DNA from: Gemmatimonadales bacterium
Lineage (GTDB): Bacteria; Gemmatimonadota; Gemmatimonadetes; Gemmatimonadales; GWC2-71-9
Length of the DNA: 64,000 nucleotides
NCBI GenBank assembly: GCA_041615815.1
Contig: JBFJCP010000025.1
Location: 1 to 64,000, forward strand
Direction: 5' to 3'
The notes beneath the pieces are model-generated. The model worked only from the letters and a program-made list of their open reading frames with translations. It did no database searches and was not told the DNA's origin. Each line of letters starts with the position of its first letter. The stretch's first letter is position 1. Made by a program: the position numbers and the translations under genes. This document shows, in pieces, positions 49,075-59,196 of this stretch.

Positions 49075-50565
49075 ATGGCCAAGACCCCATCCCGTCCCCA
49101 TCCCACCGCGCCCCCCGAGGCCTGGCTTCCAGCCCGCCGAATCGCCATGGCCGTGGCTCGGCCGATCGAGCGATTCCTTCACGTCGAGGCGGCGGGCGGC
49201 ATCATCCTGCTGGCTGCGGCGGCCATAGCGCTCGTATGGGCTAATTCGCCATGGAGTGCGAGCTACGAGGCGCTGTGGCACACGCACATCGCGGTCGGCA
49301 TCGGCAATTGGCAGCTCGACAAAACACTGCATTTCTGGATCAACGAGTTCCTGATGACCGTGTTCTTCCTGGTCGTCGGGCTCGAGATCAAGCGCGAATT
49401 AGTGGAGGGTGCGTTGTCCGATCTGCGGCGGGCCACCCTCCCCATCGCCGCCGCGGTGGGTGGCATGGTCGTGCCGGCCGCGATCTATATCGGCCTCAAC
49501 CGCGAAGGCGCCGCGCAGAGCGGCTGGGGCGTGCCGATGGCCACGGACATCGCATTTGCGGTGGGTGTACTCACGCTCCTGGGGAAACGCGTTCCCGCCG
49601 CCCTCCGTGTGCTCCTGCTGGCCCTCGCCATCATCGACGATATCGGGGCGATCCTCGTCATCGCGATCTTCTACTCGAGCGGGTTCGCAACCGAAGGGAT
49701 CGCCCTGGCCCTGGTGGGGCTGGCACTGCTCCTGGTCCTCCGGCAAATCGGCATCCGCCCCGGGTGGGCGTTCGCGCTGCCCATGCTGGTCATCTGGGTA
49801 GGGCTCCTTCGTGCCGGCATTCACCCTACGATCGCCGGGGTGCTCGTCGGACTCACCGCGCCGGTCCGTTCGTGGTTCGGGCGCGAGGGCTTCGTGGCCA
49901 CCGCGCGGAGCGCCATCGACGATTTTGAGAAGGAGGTCCAACGCGGCTCACCGGATCACGATCTCATCGAACCCCTGACCCGCCTCGCCATCGCGCGCCG
50001 AGAAGCCCTGTCCCCGGCACTCCGGATCGAGAACGAGTTGCACCCCATCGTCGCATATATCGTGATGCCGCTCTTCGCCTTGGCCAACGCCGGCGTGGAT
50101 CTCCGCGGCATCGACTTTGGCGACCCCGCATTCACCGGCGTCTCGCTCGGTGTGATCATGGGCCTCGTCGTGGGCAAGCCGCTCGGCGTCATGGCAGCGA
50201 GCTGGCTCGTCATCCGACTGCGGTTGGCGGTCCTGCCGGAGGGCGTCAACTGGCGGGGCGTCTTCGTGGTGGGGGCCGTCGCGGGAATCGGGTTCACCAT
50301 GGCGATCTTCATCGCCCAACTCGCCTTCGCCGACGAGGGCTTGTTGGCGATCGCCAAGCTCGGAATCTTGATTGCCAGCGCCGTAGCCGGCGCCCTTGGC
50401 ATCCTGGTAGGACGTTTCTCCATGACGCAAGAGCAAGCGGCGCAAGTCGCGGCGCTCACCCCCAGCCAGGTCGAGGCGTCCACCGGTTACTGGACCGGCG
50501 GGCACCCCGTTCCCGACGCCCCCGGCACCACCTCACAGGGGGGGACCTATCGCTCTCCCTCGTAG
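49075..50565 (+). CDS. nhaA: Na+/H+ antiporter NhaA
   Basis: GLEIKRE, PMATDIAF, LAIIDD, GIHPT and GIGFTMAIFI motifs. Confidence 0.96.
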   Translation: MAKTPSRPHPTAPPEAWLPARRIAMAVARPIERFLHVEAAGGIILLAAAAIALVWANSPWSASYEALWHTHIAVGIGNWQLDKTLHFWINEFLMTVFFLVVGLEIKRELVEGALSDLRRATLPIAAAVGGMVVPAAIYIGLNREGAAQSGWGVPMATDIAFAVGVLTLLGKRVPAALRVLLLALAIIDDIGAILVIAIFYSSGFATEGIALALVGLALLLVLRQIGIRPGWAFALPMLVIWVGLLRAGIHPTIAGVLVGLTAPVRSWFGREGFVATARSAIDDFEKEVQRGSPDHDLIEPLTRLAIARREALSPALRIENELHPIVAYIVMPLFALANAGVDLRGIDFGDPAFTGVSLGVIMGLVVGKPLGVMAASWLVIRLRLAVLPEGVNWRGVFVVGAVAGIGFTMAIFIAQLAFADEGLLAIAKLGILIASAVAGALGILVGRFSMTQEQAAQVAALTPSQVEASTGYWTGGHPVPDAPGTTSQGGTYRSPS

Positions 50566-50588
50566 CCCGGCCCTGGGCGCAGAGCCGG

Positions 50589-52958
50589 TCAGGCGAGGTG
50601 CTCGCGCACGAGCTGGTTGACCAACGCTGGATTGGCCTTGCCGTCGGTCTGCTGCATGACTTGCCCGACGAAGAAGCCGAGGAGACCCGTCCGACCCTCA
50701 CGATACGCGGCTACCCGATCGGGAAAGCGACCGAGGACGCCGCGGATCACGGGCTCGAGTACCTCGCGATCGTGGATCTGCTCCAACCCCTCGCGCTGCA
50801 TGATGATCTGGGGATCACCACCCACGTCCACGAGTTCCGCGAAGATCCGTTTGGCGGCGGGGCGGGACAGCGTGCCAGTCTCGACGAGGGCCACGAGCTT
50901 CCCAACCGATGCTCCGCTCAGTGGCAGCTCGTGAATGGCCCGGCCCTTGGCTTCCCGAACGAGCTCGTTCGTCACCCATCCGGCCACGGCCCGCGGATTG
51001 TCGTAGACATCGAGCGCGTCCCGAAAGAGGCCCGCCAACGCGCCGTCGGCGGCCAGCACCTTCACCTGCTCCTCGGGAACCCCCAGGGCCGAAGCATCGA
51101 AACCAGACAGCCCCGGCTGCAGCGCAGAACCCACCGGGGGGGCTGCCGGCCCCGACTCCGGCACACGCCGTCCCCGCCGCGCGCGGCGAGGGGTGGGCGG
51201 AGCAGCCACTTTCGCCTGGAGCTTGGCCCAGGTGTCCCGCAGACCAACGGTGCGATTGAAGACGAGGGACCCCGGCGTGGAGTCCTGCGGGTCACTGCAG
51301 AAGAAACCCTGTCGTTCGAACTGGTAGCGAGTGCCGGGCGGATCATGCGCCACGCTCGGCTCGACACGGGCATGCTCGAGGATCACCAACGACTCGGGAT
51401 TCAGAGCATCCGTAAACCGCCCACCCCCCTCCACGGCGTCGGGGTCCGGCACTAGGAAGAGGCGGTCGTACAACCGCGCCCGGCACGGGAGCGCATGAGG
51501 GGCGGAGACCCAGTGGAGCGTGCCTTTCACCTTACGACCGTCCGGCGTGGTCCCACCTCTGGTGGCGGGGTCGTAGGTGCAACGCACCTCCACCGGCTCA
51601 CCTGTGTTCGGATCGTTGACGACATCCACGCACTTGATGAGGTACGCATAGCGCAACCGGACCTCGCGCCCCGGCGCCAGTCGGAAAAATCCCTTCGGCG
51701 GTTTCTCACGGAAATCGTCACGCTCGATGTACAGCTCGCGTGAGAACGGCACCGCCCGCGATCCTTCCTTCGGTACATCGCGGGGATAATACGGCGCCTC
51801 CAACTCTTCCACCTGATCCTCCGGGTAGTTCTCGATCACCACCCGAAGCGGCCGGAGGACCCCCATGACCCGAGGGACCCGATGGTTCAAATCGTCTCGA
51901 ATACAGTATTCCAACTTGCCGATGTCCACGCGGCTATCGATCTTGGCCACGCCGATGAGATCGCAAAACCGTCGAATCGCCTCCGGCGTCACACCCCGCC
52001 GGCGCAAGCCGGCGATGGTGGGCATGCGTGGATCGTCCCACCCCGTCACATGGTCCTCGCGCACCAGCTCCACCAGCTTGCGCTTACTCAGCACCGTAAA
52101 ATCGAGATTCAGACGAGCAAATTCGATTTGCTGCGGGTGACACTCGACCTGGGTCTCGTCTAGCACCCAGTCGTACAGCTCGCGGTTGTCCTTGAACTCG
52201 AGGGTACACAACGAGTGCGTGATTTCCTCGATCGAGTCCGAGAGACAGTGGGTGAAATCGTAGAGCGGGTACACGCACCAGCGGTTACCCGTCCGATAAT
52301 GCTCCGCATGGCGAATCCGATACAGAACTGGATCCCGCATGATCATGTTGGGGTGGGACATGTCGATCTTGGCGCGCAACACATGGACGCCGTCCGGAAA
52401 CTCGCCGGCCCGCATGCGGCGGAACAGATCGAGATTGTCCTCCACCGAGCGGCCCCGGTAGGGGCTCGGACGGCCCGGCTCCGTCACCGTCCCTCGATAC
52501 TCCCGAATCTGTTCGTCCGTGAGGCTGTCGACGTATGCTTTGCCGCGCCGGATCAAGACGACGGCGTACTCGTAGAGCCGCTCGAAGTAATCCGACGCGA
52601 AGTAGAGCCGGTCTTCCCAATCGAAGCCCAACCAGCGCACGTCCTCCTGAATAGCTCGGGCATATTTCATGTCTTCGGTGAGCGGGTTGGTGTCGTCGAA
52701 TCGCAGATTACACCGCCCGCCGAACTCGTGAGCGACACCGAAGTTCAAACAGATGGACTTGGCGTGACCGATATGCAGGTATCCGTTGGGCTCGGGGGGA
52801 AACCGCGTGGCGACTTTGCGGCCGTGCTTCCCAGCGCGCACGTCGTTCGTCACGATCGTGCGAATAAAATCCGTGCCGCCACCCGGCCCTCTCCCTTCCC
52901 CCGCCGCAAGGGCGGGATCGGAAGCTAGGCTCCCACCTCGCCGCGTCCGATCGCTCAT
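50589..52958 (-). CDS. glnS: Glutamine--tRNA ligase with C-terminal YqeY/GatB-like domain
   Basis: [20 protein letters not shown] and FERQG motifs; C-terminal [17 protein letters not shown]. Confidence 0.97.
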   Translation of the reverse strand: MSDRTRRGGSLASDPALAAGEGRGPGGGTDFIRTIVTNDVRAGKHGRKVATRFPPEPNGYLHIGHAKSICLNFGVAHEFGGRCNLRFDDTNPLTEDMKYARAIQEDVRWLGFDWEDRLYFASDYFERLYEYAVVLIRRGKAYVDSLTDEQIREYRGTVTEPGRPSPYRGRSVEDNLDLFRRMRAGEFPDGVHVLRAKIDMSHPNMIMRDPVLYRIRHAEHYRTGNRWCVYPLYDFTHCLSDSIEEITHSLCTLEFKDNRELYDWVLDETQVECHPQQIEFARLNLDFTVLSKRKLVELVREDHVTGWDDPRMPTIAGLRRRGVTPEAIRRFCDLIGVAKIDSRVDIGKLEYCIRDDLNHRVPRVMGVLRPLRVVIENYPEDQVEELEAPYYPRDVPKEGSRAVPFSRELYIERDDFREKPPKGFFRLAPGREVRLRYAYLIKCVDVVNDPNTGEPVEVRCTYDPATRGGTTPDGRKVKGTLHWVSAPHALPCRARLYDRLFLVPDPDAVEGGGRFTDALNPESLVILEHARVEPSVAHDPPGTRYQFERQGFFCSDPQDSTPGSLVFNRTVGLRDTWAKLQAKVAAPPTPRRARRGRRVPESGPAAPPVGSALQPGLSGFDASALGVPEEQVKVLAADGALAGLFRDALDVYDNPRAVAGWVTNELVREAKGRAIHELPLSGASVGKLVALVETGTLSRPAAKRIFAELVDVGGDPQIIMQREGLEQIHDREVLEPVIRGVLGRFPDRVAAYREGRTGLLGFFVGQVMQQTDGKANPALVNQLVREHLA

Positions 52959-53043
52959 AGGCTCCAAACGCATCTGGTCTGTTTCACCGCGTACACCTTT
53001 CCCTCGTATCCCACCATCCGAAAATAACCAGCCGCCATTCGAG

Positions 53044-53072
53044 TTGACCCCCTTACGGGTCTCCCCTACGTT
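53044..53072 (+). promoter_or_regulatory. sigma70-like promoter TTGACC-N17-TACGTT for tRNA-Ser(GCT)-gltX
   Basis: Canonical spacing; same hexamers as at 41607. Confidence 0.6.
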
Positions 53073-53145
53073 TCCTCGACTCGGTACCGGCGGGGCCGTC
53101 AGAGCGGGCGCTTCCGGGTCCCACGGCGCCGAGGTCCGCCAACCA

Positions 53146-53235
53146 GGAGAGGTGGCCGAGTGGCTGAAGGCGGCGGTTTGCTAAACCGTTATAGGGTTTA
53201 AAGCCCTATCGGGGGTTCGAATCCCCCCCTCTCCG
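53146..53235 (+). tRNA. tRNA-Ser (GCT)
   Basis: GGAGAGGTGGCCGAGTGG...GCGGTTTGCTAAACCGT...GGTTCGAATCCCCCCCTCTCCG with a long variable arm. Confidence 0.96.
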
Positions 53236-53246
53236 TACCTCACCTG

Positions 53247-54566
53247 ATGATGAAACCACTTCGCGTCCGTTTCGCCCCGTCCCCAACGGGGTATTTGCAC
53301 GTGGGGGGAGCCCGCACCGCGCTCTTCAACTGGTTGCACGCCCGCCATGAAGGCGGGGTATTCCTCCTCCGCATCGAGGACACCGATCGCGAACGGTCGT
53401 CCGAGGCCCACGTTCGCGTCATCCTCGATGGTCTGTCGTGGTTGGGGCTGGACTGGGACGAGGAGGTGGTCTATCAGAGCGCCAATCTCAGCCAACACCA
53501 GCAGCTCGCTCACCGGCTCGTCGCCGAGGGCAAGGCGTACGAACACGACGGCGCCATCCGGTTCCGCATGCCTGCGGGCGAACTGGCCTGGGACGACGAG
53601 GTGTACGGTTCCATTCAGTTTCAGGGCGGGGATCTCGTGGACTGGGTGATCCTCCGCTCGGACGGATCCCCCACGTACAACTTCAGCGTGGTCGCGGACG
53701 ACATCGCCATGGGGATCACCCTGGTCATGCGCGGGGACGACCACATCTCCAATACGCCCAAGCAGATTGCCGTCTACCGGGCGTTGGGCCACCCAGCGCC
53801 GCGCTTCGCGCACGTCCCCATGATCCACGGAGCGGACGGGAAGAAGCTCTCGAAGCGCCACGGCGCCACCGCGGTCGGTGATTACCAGAGCCGGGGGATC
53901 TTGCCCGGTGCAATGCGCAATTTTTTGGCACTCCTCGGCTGGAATCCCGGTGATGACCGGGAGCTCTTCCTCGACGCGCCTGAACTCGTGGCCGCCTTCT
54001 CGCTCGATCGTATTCAGAAGAAAAGCGCCATTTTCGATCCCGCCAAGCTCGAGTGGCTGAACGGCCAACACCTGAGTCACACCCCGCCGGAGGATCTCCT
54101 GGACATCGTCCGTGCCGAGTTGGCCACCCGCGGCCTGGACGGAGAGCCCGAGCCCGTACTTCGGGACCGGCTACTGCAGATCATCGAGGTGGTGCGCGAG
54201 CGATCACGCACCACCTTGTTCCTCGCCGAGCAGGTGGCCGTCCGGCTCGACCGGCGGCTGGTTCAGCCTGATGAGAAAGCCGAGAAGACCATCGGCAAGG
54301 ATCCGACAGGGTTTGCGAGCGCCCTTACGGCCGCCGCTGAGCGGCTCGGGACGGTGGGCGATGCGGAGTGGGACGCCGAACACTTGGAGACCGAGCTCCG
54401 ACAGCTCGCGGACGCGCTCGGTGTGGGCGCCGGAAGGATCTTTCAGCCCATTCGGATCGCCGTCACCGGTACCACGGTCTCCGAACCTGTCAACGTGTTG
54501 CTCGCGATTGTGGGCAAAGAGGAAAGTCTGGCGAGGATTCAGGCGGCGACCAGATGGGCGAGCTGA
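53247..54566 (+). CDS. gltX: Glutamate--tRNA ligase (short form)
   Basis: RFAPSPTG, HVGG, RIEDTD, RGDDH and KLSKR motifs; anticodon-binding domain present. Confidence 0.96.
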   Translation: MMKPLRVRFAPSPTGYLHVGGARTALFNWLHARHEGGVFLLRIEDTDRERSSEAHVRVILDGLSWLGLDWDEEVVYQSANLSQHQQLAHRLVAEGKAYEHDGAIRFRMPAGELAWDDEVYGSIQFQGGDLVDWVILRSDGSPTYNFSVVADDIAMGITLVMRGDDHISNTPKQIAVYRALGHPAPRFAHVPMIHGADGKKLSKRHGATAVGDYQSRGILPGAMRNFLALLGWNPGDDRELFLDAPELVAAFSLDRIQKKSAIFDPAKLEWLNGQHLSHTPPEDLLDIVRAELATRGLDGEPEPVLRDRLLQIIEVVRERSRTTLFLAEQVAVRLDRRLVQPDEKAEKTIGKDPTGFASALTAAAERLGTVGDAEWDAEHLETELRQLADALGVGAGRIFQPIRIAVTGTTVSEPVNVLLAIVGKEESLARIQAATRWAS

Positions 54567-54648
54567 CAGCGATTGGAGAAAGCGCAAAGCAGGTTAACGA
54601 TTCACATCCCCCAACATGACCACTCTGTGGCGAAATCTGTCATCGGGG

Positions 54649-55509
54649 TCAGTCCGGCGTCACCGTATCGCGCGCCGCCGCCTGCCGTGCTCGTTCGGCG
54701 TCGCGTTCTTCCTGTTTGCGTCTGCGAACCTGTTCCACGTAGTCCTTGAAGTCCTCCGCGTTCTCCGCAGCCCGGGCCGCCCGGATGATGTCCGTGCGAA
54801 TACGCTGGAGTTCCTGCTCGCGTTTCGCTTCGTAGTAGTTGCCCTGGGGAAACGGGAGGAGCGCGAGGAGCGCCGTGGGGAGCTTCAAGTCCCCCAGATA
54901 GATCCACTTCCCATCCATGCCCCAGGTCTGCCCGTCGATCTCGGACGTCCACGACGGCATCGCCCGTGTCGCGAAGCTATCGGGTGGCATGCTGTCGATG
55001 AACGAGAGGATCTTCACCCTGAGCGCGCTATCCACTCGGGCGACGTGGGCCGCCACGCTCGTGGAAGGCCCTACGACCCCGAGCTCCGCTTCCAGAGGTC
55101 GTACCCACACCCGGCCCTCGGCAAACGAGGGGCCGATGGTGCGGTTCGTACCGATCACCATCGCGCTGTCCGGTGACGGGGGAATACCGACCGGGACCTC
55201 AGTTGGCGCGATGATCGTGGCGACGCGGGTCGTGTCCGCGCCACGAACCGGCCGCACACGTGGGGGCGGCACGACCGGCTGGCGGCTGGGCGCCGCAAAG
55301 GAAGGCGCAGACGGAACCTCGAACTCTCGCTCTTGGGGCACCTCCAACGGCGCGAGTTGGATGAACATGGGGCGGCTCCGCTCGAGATACCTCCGGCTCA
55401 TGCTCACCGCGGCGAGCGCGATCACCACCACGTGAATGACGATACTCACCATCGTCCACCACGGCCGTGGACGGTCCGGTGGAGGAAGGGAAAACTTACG
55501 AGTGAGCAC
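54649..55509 (-). CDS. Membrane-anchored hypothetical protein (TonB/TolA-like anchor, Pro-rich linker)
   Basis: SIVIH TM anchor, Pro-rich stretch and charged C-terminus; GTG 55509 overlaps the upstream gene. Confidence 0.7.
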   Translation of the reverse strand: MLTRKFSLPPPDRPRPWWTMVSIVIHVVVIALAAVSMSRRYLERSRPMFIQLAPLEVPQEREFEVPSAPSFAAPSRQPVVPPPRVRPVRGADTTRVATIIAPTEVPVGIPPSPDSAMVIGTNRTIGPSFAEGRVWVRPLEAELGVVGPSTSVAAHVARVDSALRVKILSFIDSMPPDSFATRAMPSWTSEIDGQTWGMDGKWIYLGDLKLPTALLALLPFPQGNYYEAKREQELQRIRTDIIRAARAAENAEDFKDYVEQVRRRKQEERDAERARQAAARDTVTPD

Positions 55510-56686
55510 CGGCCACTCCCAGGCGCTCGCAGATCCGCGCCATCCGATTCCCAGCCTCGGACAACCGATCCGGCTCAGCGCTGAGGGCAATGCGGAAGAA
55601 CCCTTCACCGCCGGGCCCAAACGCCGAACCTGGGACCACTACCACTGCTTCACCTTCCAGCACGGCCATGGCAAACTCTCGTGCTGGGCGCCGGCCCGGA
55701 ACTGGGACCCACACATACATCGTGGCCCGCGGAGGACGGACGGGGAGCCCGGCCTCGCCCAGAGCGACCACACACGCATCGCGCCGCTCCATGAAACGCC
55801 TCCGGAACTCCACGATGAGATCGTCCGCAGCATCGAGCACCCGAGCGCCCGCGCTTTGCACTGCCAAGAAAGGTCCCGTGTCCATGTACTCTTTTACACG
55901 CGAGAGGGCCCGAATGAGTCGCGCGCTTCCAACAGCCCATCCCAATCGCCAGCCCGTCATCCCAAAGCTCTTTGAGAACGAGTGGAACTCGAGCGCAATC
56001 TCGCGGGCCCCCGGAAGCTCCATGATGCTGGGGGCTCGGTAGCCATCGAACGTGAGCTCGCAGTAGGGATTGTCGTACGCGATGACGATGTCCCGCTCGC
56101 GACAGCATGCCACGGTCCGCTCGAGATAGTCCAGCGGAGCCACGGCCGTGGTGGGATTATTGGGATAGTTCAAATAGACGAGCCGGGCTTGGGCGAGTCG
56201 TGTGTCGGGAAGCGCCTCGAGCTCGACGAGAAAGTCCGCCTCGGGCTCGAGGCGACAAAGCTCGATGTCGGCATCCGCCAACACGGCCCCGCCGATGTAC
56301 GCCGGATAACCCGGCTCCGGAAGCACGCAGACGTCACCGCGGTTGAGCACCGCGAACGGGAGATGGGCGAGCCCGTCCTTCGAGCCCAGCAACGGCAGCA
56401 CTTCCGTGAAGGGATCCACCGTCACGCCAAACCGACGCGCCATGTAGCGGGCGACCGCCTCGCGAAAGGTGGGGAGGCCCAACTGGAAGCCGTACCGGCT
56501 CATTCGGCTGTCGTTCAGGGCCTCCCGCAGGGCCTCGACCGCTACCTGCGGTGGCGGAACGTCCGCATCACCCACACTGAGATCGATGACGTCTCGCCCC
56601 TCGGCCACCATCTGCCGCTTGATCGTGGCTAAGTCGGCCACGGCATATGCGGGGAGCCGCTGGAGGCGCGCGATGTCGCGCGTCAT
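55496..56686 (-). CDS. Class I/II aminotransferase (LL-diaminopimelate aminotransferase-like)
   Basis: GSKDG, NYPNNPT, YDNPY and SFSKSFGMTGWRLG motifs. Confidence 0.9.
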   Translation of the reverse strand: MTRDIARLQRLPAYAVADLATIKRQMVAEGRDVIDLSVGDADVPPPQVAVEALREALNDSRMSRYGFQLGLPTFREAVARYMARRFGVTVDPFTEVLPLLGSKDGLAHLPFAVLNRGDVCVLPEPGYPAYIGGAVLADADIELCRLEPEADFLVELEALPDTRLAQARLVYLNYPNNPTTAVAPLDYLERTVACCRERDIVIAYDNPYCELTFDGYRAPSIMELPGAREIALEFHSFSKSFGMTGWRLGWAVGSARLIRALSRVKEYMDTGPFLAVQSAGARVLDAADDLIVEFRRRFMERRDACVVALGEAGLPVRPPRATMYVWVPVPGRRPAREFAMAVLEGEAVVVVPGSAFGPGGEGFFRIALSAEPDRLSEAGNRMARICERLGVAGAHS

Positions 56687-59196
56687 GCCGGCGCTCCGAT
56701 TCCATGGCGTGCAAAGAACTCCTCGACTTCCTCACGGATGTCCGGCCAGGGTCCCACGACGCGTCGAGCCGGCGGCAGGGACGCCAAGAGGAGGCGACCG
56801 TAACTCCGCTGCACCACACGCCGATCCAACAGCACCACGGCCCCGACATCGGTCCGCGTGCGGATCAGCCGTCCGAATCCCTGCTTCAGCTTGAGTGCGG
56901 CAAGCGGGAGCAGGTACTGCGTAAACCCATCGATCCCCTGTTGCTCGAGCGATTCGAGGCGCGCCGCCGTGAGCGGCTCGCTCGGGACCTTGAACGGCAA
57001 CTTGGCCAGGACGAGTACGCGCAGCGACGGCCCTGGAACGTCCACACCTTCCCAGAAGCTGTCCGTTCCCAGGAGGACGGCATTCCCCATGTCCCGAAAC
57101 CGCCGCAAGAGGTAATCTCGTTGTCCCTCACCCTGCACCAGGAGCGGCCACCGGCCCCCAATGACCCCTCGCAGCTGGGCGGCCGCCCGCCTGAGCGCGG
57201 CATGGCTCGTAAAGAGAACGAACATCCCCCCGTCGGAGGCGTGGGCGAGTTCTGCCACCGCCTGGACCAAGGCTCGGTCGTGACCGCGTTCGTCCGCCCG
57301 AGGGTCGGGGGCGTCGGTGGGGACGGCGAAGAGGCACTGCTCCGCGTACGCGAACGGTGACGGCAGCATCTCGGCGTATTTCCGGGGATCCGGTGGCAGC
57401 GATAACCCCACACGGTCCGAGAGGAACGAAAAGTCCTCGCCGGTGGCGAGCGTCGCGCTCGTCAAGACCACCGTCTCCACGCGATCGAACAACGTGTCTC
57501 GGAGGATGGGAGCCAGGTTGAGTGGCACCGCGGACAAGGCGATGGGGAATGGCAGCGGCCCGCTCGGCCTGTCCCCCCGTCGTTCCAGCCACCGCACCAG
57601 CGAGGCTCCCTGTTGTGGGCGCAGGGTCAGCAACACGCCGTCCATCACCGCCTGGAGTCGCCGCACCACACCCTGCATCTCCTGAAGCAGCTGCGAGCGA
57701 CGATCCGGCTCCTCGGCGAGCTCGAGCCGATCCGCGACGGTTTCGACACCATCCCGCAGTCTCGTGAGGCCGGAGACAAAGTGGTCCACGGCGATGTCGA
57801 GGCCACTGGACCACACGGGATGCGCGATGAACCCATCGTCGAGGCGCAGCACTCCCCCGCGCTCGGACTCGAGGAGCCCCGCGAGGATGCGAAAGAGCCG
57901 ATCGGCATGCTCGCGCGCCTCGCTCACCGCGGGGAGCAGAGCCGTCCGCAATAGCTCCACCGATGCCGCGCTCAGCATGTCCGTCTTCGCCGACAGCTCG
58001 GCGAGGAGCGTGGGAATCAACCCGCGCCCACCACGTTCGAGCCGAGACAAGAGTCGGGTCACACCGCGCGAGCTCACCTGGTTCCCCAGGTGCTGCGCGG
58101 CGGTGTCTTCGAGGTGGTGCGCCTCATCGATGATCAGGCGTCGGTACGGCGGGAGCACGGCGGCCTCTTGCCAGTTTTCCTGCACGCGTCGGATGCTGAG
58201 ATCCGCGGCCAGGAGATGGTGATTCACGACGACCACGTCCGCGTCCGCCGCCCGGCGGCGGGCGTCGAAGACATAACATCGATCGAAGTGGGGACACTCG
58301 AGCCGCGTGCAGAGATCGGGCTCGGCACTGATCTCGTCCCATACCTCCGGGGACGGCGGGTCCGGCAAATCCGCCAGCGACCCATCCGTGGTCCGTTCCG
58401 CCCAGGCCAGGAGGCTGTCGAGCTCTTTCTGGCGCTCCGGTTCGAGCAGCATGGTCTGGCCCCCACTGGCCAGGTTCAACCGGGCAAGACAGACGTAGTT
58501 CCGCCACCCTTTCAGCAAGGCGTAGGTGGGACGGCGCTCCCCCTCGGCGAACGACTTGGCCAGGAGCGGCAGGTCCTTCCCCACGAGCTGTTCCTGGAGG
58601 TTGATCGTGTTGGTCGAGACGATGGTCCGCTCGCCATTCACCTGTGCCCACAACAAGGCGGGAACGAGGTAGGCGAACGATTTCCCGACGCCGGTTCCCG
58701 CCTCCAGAAGTGAGACCCCGCCGTCGTTGTACGTATCGGCTACGTACGCGGCCATATCGCGTTGACTGGGCCGGTCTTCGAACGACGAGACGATACGGGC
58801 CACGCGTCCGCCCGGTCCTAGTTCGTCCGCCACGACCACCGCGTCCAATGGTGCGTACGCGCGTTTGCGAGGGACCTCCACGACGACGTACAAATGGGAG
58901 GCCGAATTGTCGATGATGCCGAATCCGATGCCCCCGTCGTGCATGCGTGCTGCCACGTAGAGATCGGCCTGGGAGGGCTCCAGGATGCCGCTCGGATGGT
59001 TGTGCAGCACCATCTCACCGGTTTCGGCGACACCGGGAAGGGCAAGCACCGCATCGACCGTTCCCCGCGCCACGGCGCGTGCGGAGACGATCCGTCCTTC
59101 CTCATCGAGCGTGGCAACGAATGAGACCTCGCGGCCGCCGGCCGCCGTGATCTCGTCGACCAGGTGCGCGGCGACCCCGGGGGTCAGTTCGCTCAC
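56683..59196 (-). CDS. DinG/YoaA-family helicase with N-terminal JAB/RadC-like domain
   Basis: HNHPSG..PS.AD; EAGTGVGKS, DEAH, Fe-S Cys residues, FWEGVD and QGFGRLIR; GTG start overlaps the upstream stop. Confidence 0.93.
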   Translation of the reverse strand: MSELTPGVAAHLVDEITAAGGREVSFVATLDEEGRIVSARAVARGTVDAVLALPGVAETGEMVLHNHPSGILEPSQADLYVAARMHDGGIGFGIIDNSASHLYVVVEVPRKRAYAPLDAVVVADELGPGGRVARIVSSFEDRPSQRDMAAYVADTYNDGGVSLLEAGTGVGKSFAYLVPALLWAQVNGERTIVSTNTINLQEQLVGKDLPLLAKSFAEGERRPTYALLKGWRNYVCLARLNLASGGQTMLLEPERQKELDSLLAWAERTTDGSLADLPDPPSPEVWDEISAEPDLCTRLECPHFDRCYVFDARRRAADADVVVVNHHLLAADLSIRRVQENWQEAAVLPPYRRLIIDEAHHLEDTAAQHLGNQVSSRGVTRLLSRLERGGRGLIPTLLAELSAKTDMLSAASVELLRTALLPAVSEAREHADRLFRILAGLLESERGGVLRLDDGFIAHPVWSSGLDIAVDHFVSGLTRLRDGVETVADRLELAEEPDRRSQLLQEMQGVVRRLQAVMDGVLLTLRPQQGASLVRWLERRGDRPSGPLPFPIALSAVPLNLAPILRDTLFDRVETVVLTSATLATGEDFSFLSDRVGLSLPPDPRKYAEMLPSPFAYAEQCLFAVPTDAPDPRADERGHDRALVQAVAELAHASDGGMFVLFTSHAALRRAAAQLRGVIGGRWPLLVQGEGQRDYLLRRFRDMGNAVLLGTDSFWEGVDVPGPSLRVLVLAKLPFKVPSEPLTAARLESLEQQGIDGFTQYLLPLAALKLKQGFGRLIRTRTDVGAVVLLDRRVVQRSYGRLLLASLPPARRVVGPWPDIREEVEEFFARHGIGAPA

